Shown here piece after piece: positions 61,951 to 64,000 of a stretch of DNA of 64,000 nt (positions are counted from its first letter, which is position 1; each line of letters opens with the position of its first letter). The notes under the pieces were generated by a model, which worked only from the letters and a program-made list of their open reading frames with translations, had not been told where the DNA came from and did no database searches. Source of the DNA: Chromera velia (Eukaryota); NCBI GenBank assembly GCA_018398765.1, contig JAHBMJ010000332.1, positions 1 to 64,000 on the forward strand. The letters are read 5' to 3'. The position numbers were made by a program, and so were the translations under genes.

Positions 61951-62552
61951 CATGTTGTGACCTGCTACACGCTAGACGCCTATACCATGGCCCAATAATG
62001 ATATAGACAGAGGAGGTGCATCTTCTTTGGTTCTTGTCCCTCCATACTTGGTTCCAAACAAATGATGCCATTGGGCGTCCTGCTCTTGTGGGGGAAAAAA
62101 CCGGTGGAGGGGTGGTCTGTTGTATGCTATATGCAGGTTTTGTCTTTTCTGAGGACCGAGGCACCTCCGTCCGGCATGTGTGCTTAAGACTAAAGCGAAG
62201 GGGTCGCCTAGTCTTGCAAGCCTTCAAATACCCCATAGAACCTAGGTTGCCTGGTTGCGTAATGAATTTCTGCATAGCATGCCGGGTTGGCCAGAGCCTA
62301 AGAGGTGGCTCACCGGCTTTAACCTAACTCATTAATTCATATAGTGTATCTGCCTATAGACCGATTAATAATTATGATGATATGCATGCAAAATAAATAT
62401 GATGCAAAAGAAGTTGTGTCCGCACTGTTTAAGTTCCGAGTCAATTCAAAGATTACCACTGCAATGAGAAGGACGCTAATATGTATCACGTTATACATAC
62501 TGTTGACAGTCTGTTGTGCTTCAGTTGCTGTTGCATGTTTATGACCTGCAGT

Positions 62553-64000
62553 TTATGACTTTTTGAGGGGCCCCATTCCCCAAAAGTCCTCTACAATCGT
62601 ATCTCCTGCTTTATGCTCTGCGGCCCCCCCTGCCCTCTCCTGTCCCTTTCCCTCCTCTGTCGAAAGTTTCACCCCTGCTTTTCCTTTATCCCCTCTCCCT
62701 GGAAGAGGCGCCAGGCCAAGGAACAACTCCCCTGATGCCCCCATGCTCTTCTTGAAGGCTTCTCTCTCCTCTTTTGAGTCCGGAATCCGCGAGACACCCT
62801 CTCCCTGTTTCACCGTCCCCAAACTTTTTGCCCCTATTTCTTCCAGCTTCGAGGCGGGAAGACTGGAGGTCAGGAAGGGTTCGAAGCCCATCTGCAGGAT
62901 CGAGACGCAGGCATACGACGGTACATTCTTGCAGTGAGTATCAAAGAGATAGGACAGTGAATTCAGGCTTCTGCACAATTGTCTCCAGCAGCAGAGGAAA
63001 AGCAACTTGTCTTTTTCTGAAACCCATCCCATACCGAGAGAACACTACAGGCATTCAATCATGCGCCTCCCTCCCTCCCTCCCTCCCTCCAGAAACGATC
63101 AGGTCTGTCAATCCGTCATCAGAAATTCAAATGCATGACGGAAAAAGAATGAAACACTCATGTTTTTTGTTGACCCACCTCCACCGTCACGCTTCCCTCC
63201 ACATTTTTGATTGTCGTCTTTGGACCTCGCTGAAGGCGCCCCGTCACACTGGTCCCTGCAGAGCTGCTTGTGGGCATAACGAACTCCGCATACCCGATGT
63301 CCTGCAGCGTCACGTCCTGGTCGTACACGTTCACACGCACCAGCCGGGCGTCTCCTTGGGGACCAGCCTGCGATCGAGAGAGAGAGAGAGAGACAGAGCG
63401 TGATGGATGGATGGATGGATGCCGTCTGTTCTCTTCCTTTTGATACATGAAGGTCTGTACATCTGCTTCTGCAGAGGGTGAGAGACTCCTTGAGGACCTT
63501 CTTACTTGCCGATGACTGTACAGAAAAGCAACGGGAACGGAATTATCGTCTTCTGTTGCGCTGGGACCGGAAACGGAAGAATACTACATGCACACCAGAC
63601 CGCGACGCTGCATGGGAAGTGAGGAACGCAAGCCGTGATCGAAAGCGGTAAAATCATTCTTTTCAAAGCCTGCAGTCTCTCTGTCTGTCTGTTTGTTTGT
63701 CTGTTTCTTGCTTTTCTCTTGCCCGTCTTTGTGTGTGACTAACCTCAGGGAAGTCGACAAAGAACCTGAATTTGTTCTTTTTCCATTGGGGGTTTAAGTT
63801 GTCTTGTATCACCTCCGTCGTCTCCGTCTGAAAGCACCGCATAGAAGCAGAAGGACAGCAAGCAAATGTCAAGAAGAGCTGAATTCCAGTGAAGATTGGA
63901 ATGAACTGAATGAGGGCATGAAGACAGAAGAAGCCGGAATCCCCCGCGTATTGGTGTCATGAATGGTCTCAAGAAAAGGCACTCCTTTCTTTCGACGCCG
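62553..64000 (-). CDS. C2-domain-containing protein, 3' portion (start lies beyond the window)
   Basis: Exons ~63827-63744 (TETTEVIQDNLNPQWKKNKFRFFVDFPE), ~63367-63178 (LVRVNVYDQDVTLQDIGYAEF...VEGSVTVE) and ~62929-62553. These match the C2 motifs T.VI.DNLNP.W and VYD.D. Confidence 0.8.

Overview
This window is eukaryotic, intron-dense and microsatellite-rich nuclear DNA. The GT-AG introns, a plastid-type bipartite leader, a laforin gene and the style of the LRR protein suggest a chromerid or related alveolate such as Chromera (inference only). The host genes I can reconstruct by hand are: a GNAT acetyltransferase-like gene (-), a helical-repeat or RAP-like gene (+), a putative plastid-targeted membrane protein (-), a clear laforin (CBM20 plus glucan phosphatase, +), a disrupted LRR gene (-), an unidentified multi-exon gene (-), a triple-CCCH zinc-finger gene (+) and the 3' part of a C2-domain gene (-). 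Three transposable elements are present: a Merlin/IS1595-type DNA transposon with TIRs, a complete but degenerate chromovirus LTR retrotransposon, and an 8.5 kb LINE. The most unusual observations are: (1) the LINE has a chromodomain fused in frame directly N-terminal to its APE endonuclease, plus a 47-bp target duplication and a (TAAC)n tail; (2) the LTR element has CG...CG termini instead of TG...CA, fixed by a perfect 5-bp TSD; (3) a strong C-to-T/G-to-A, RIP-like mutation signature runs through the repeats; (4) a 9-nt micro-exon supplies the core of the laforin catalytic loop; (5) an in-frame TAG sits at a conserved GNAT motif position. No database searches were run, so all homology calls come from motif recognition.
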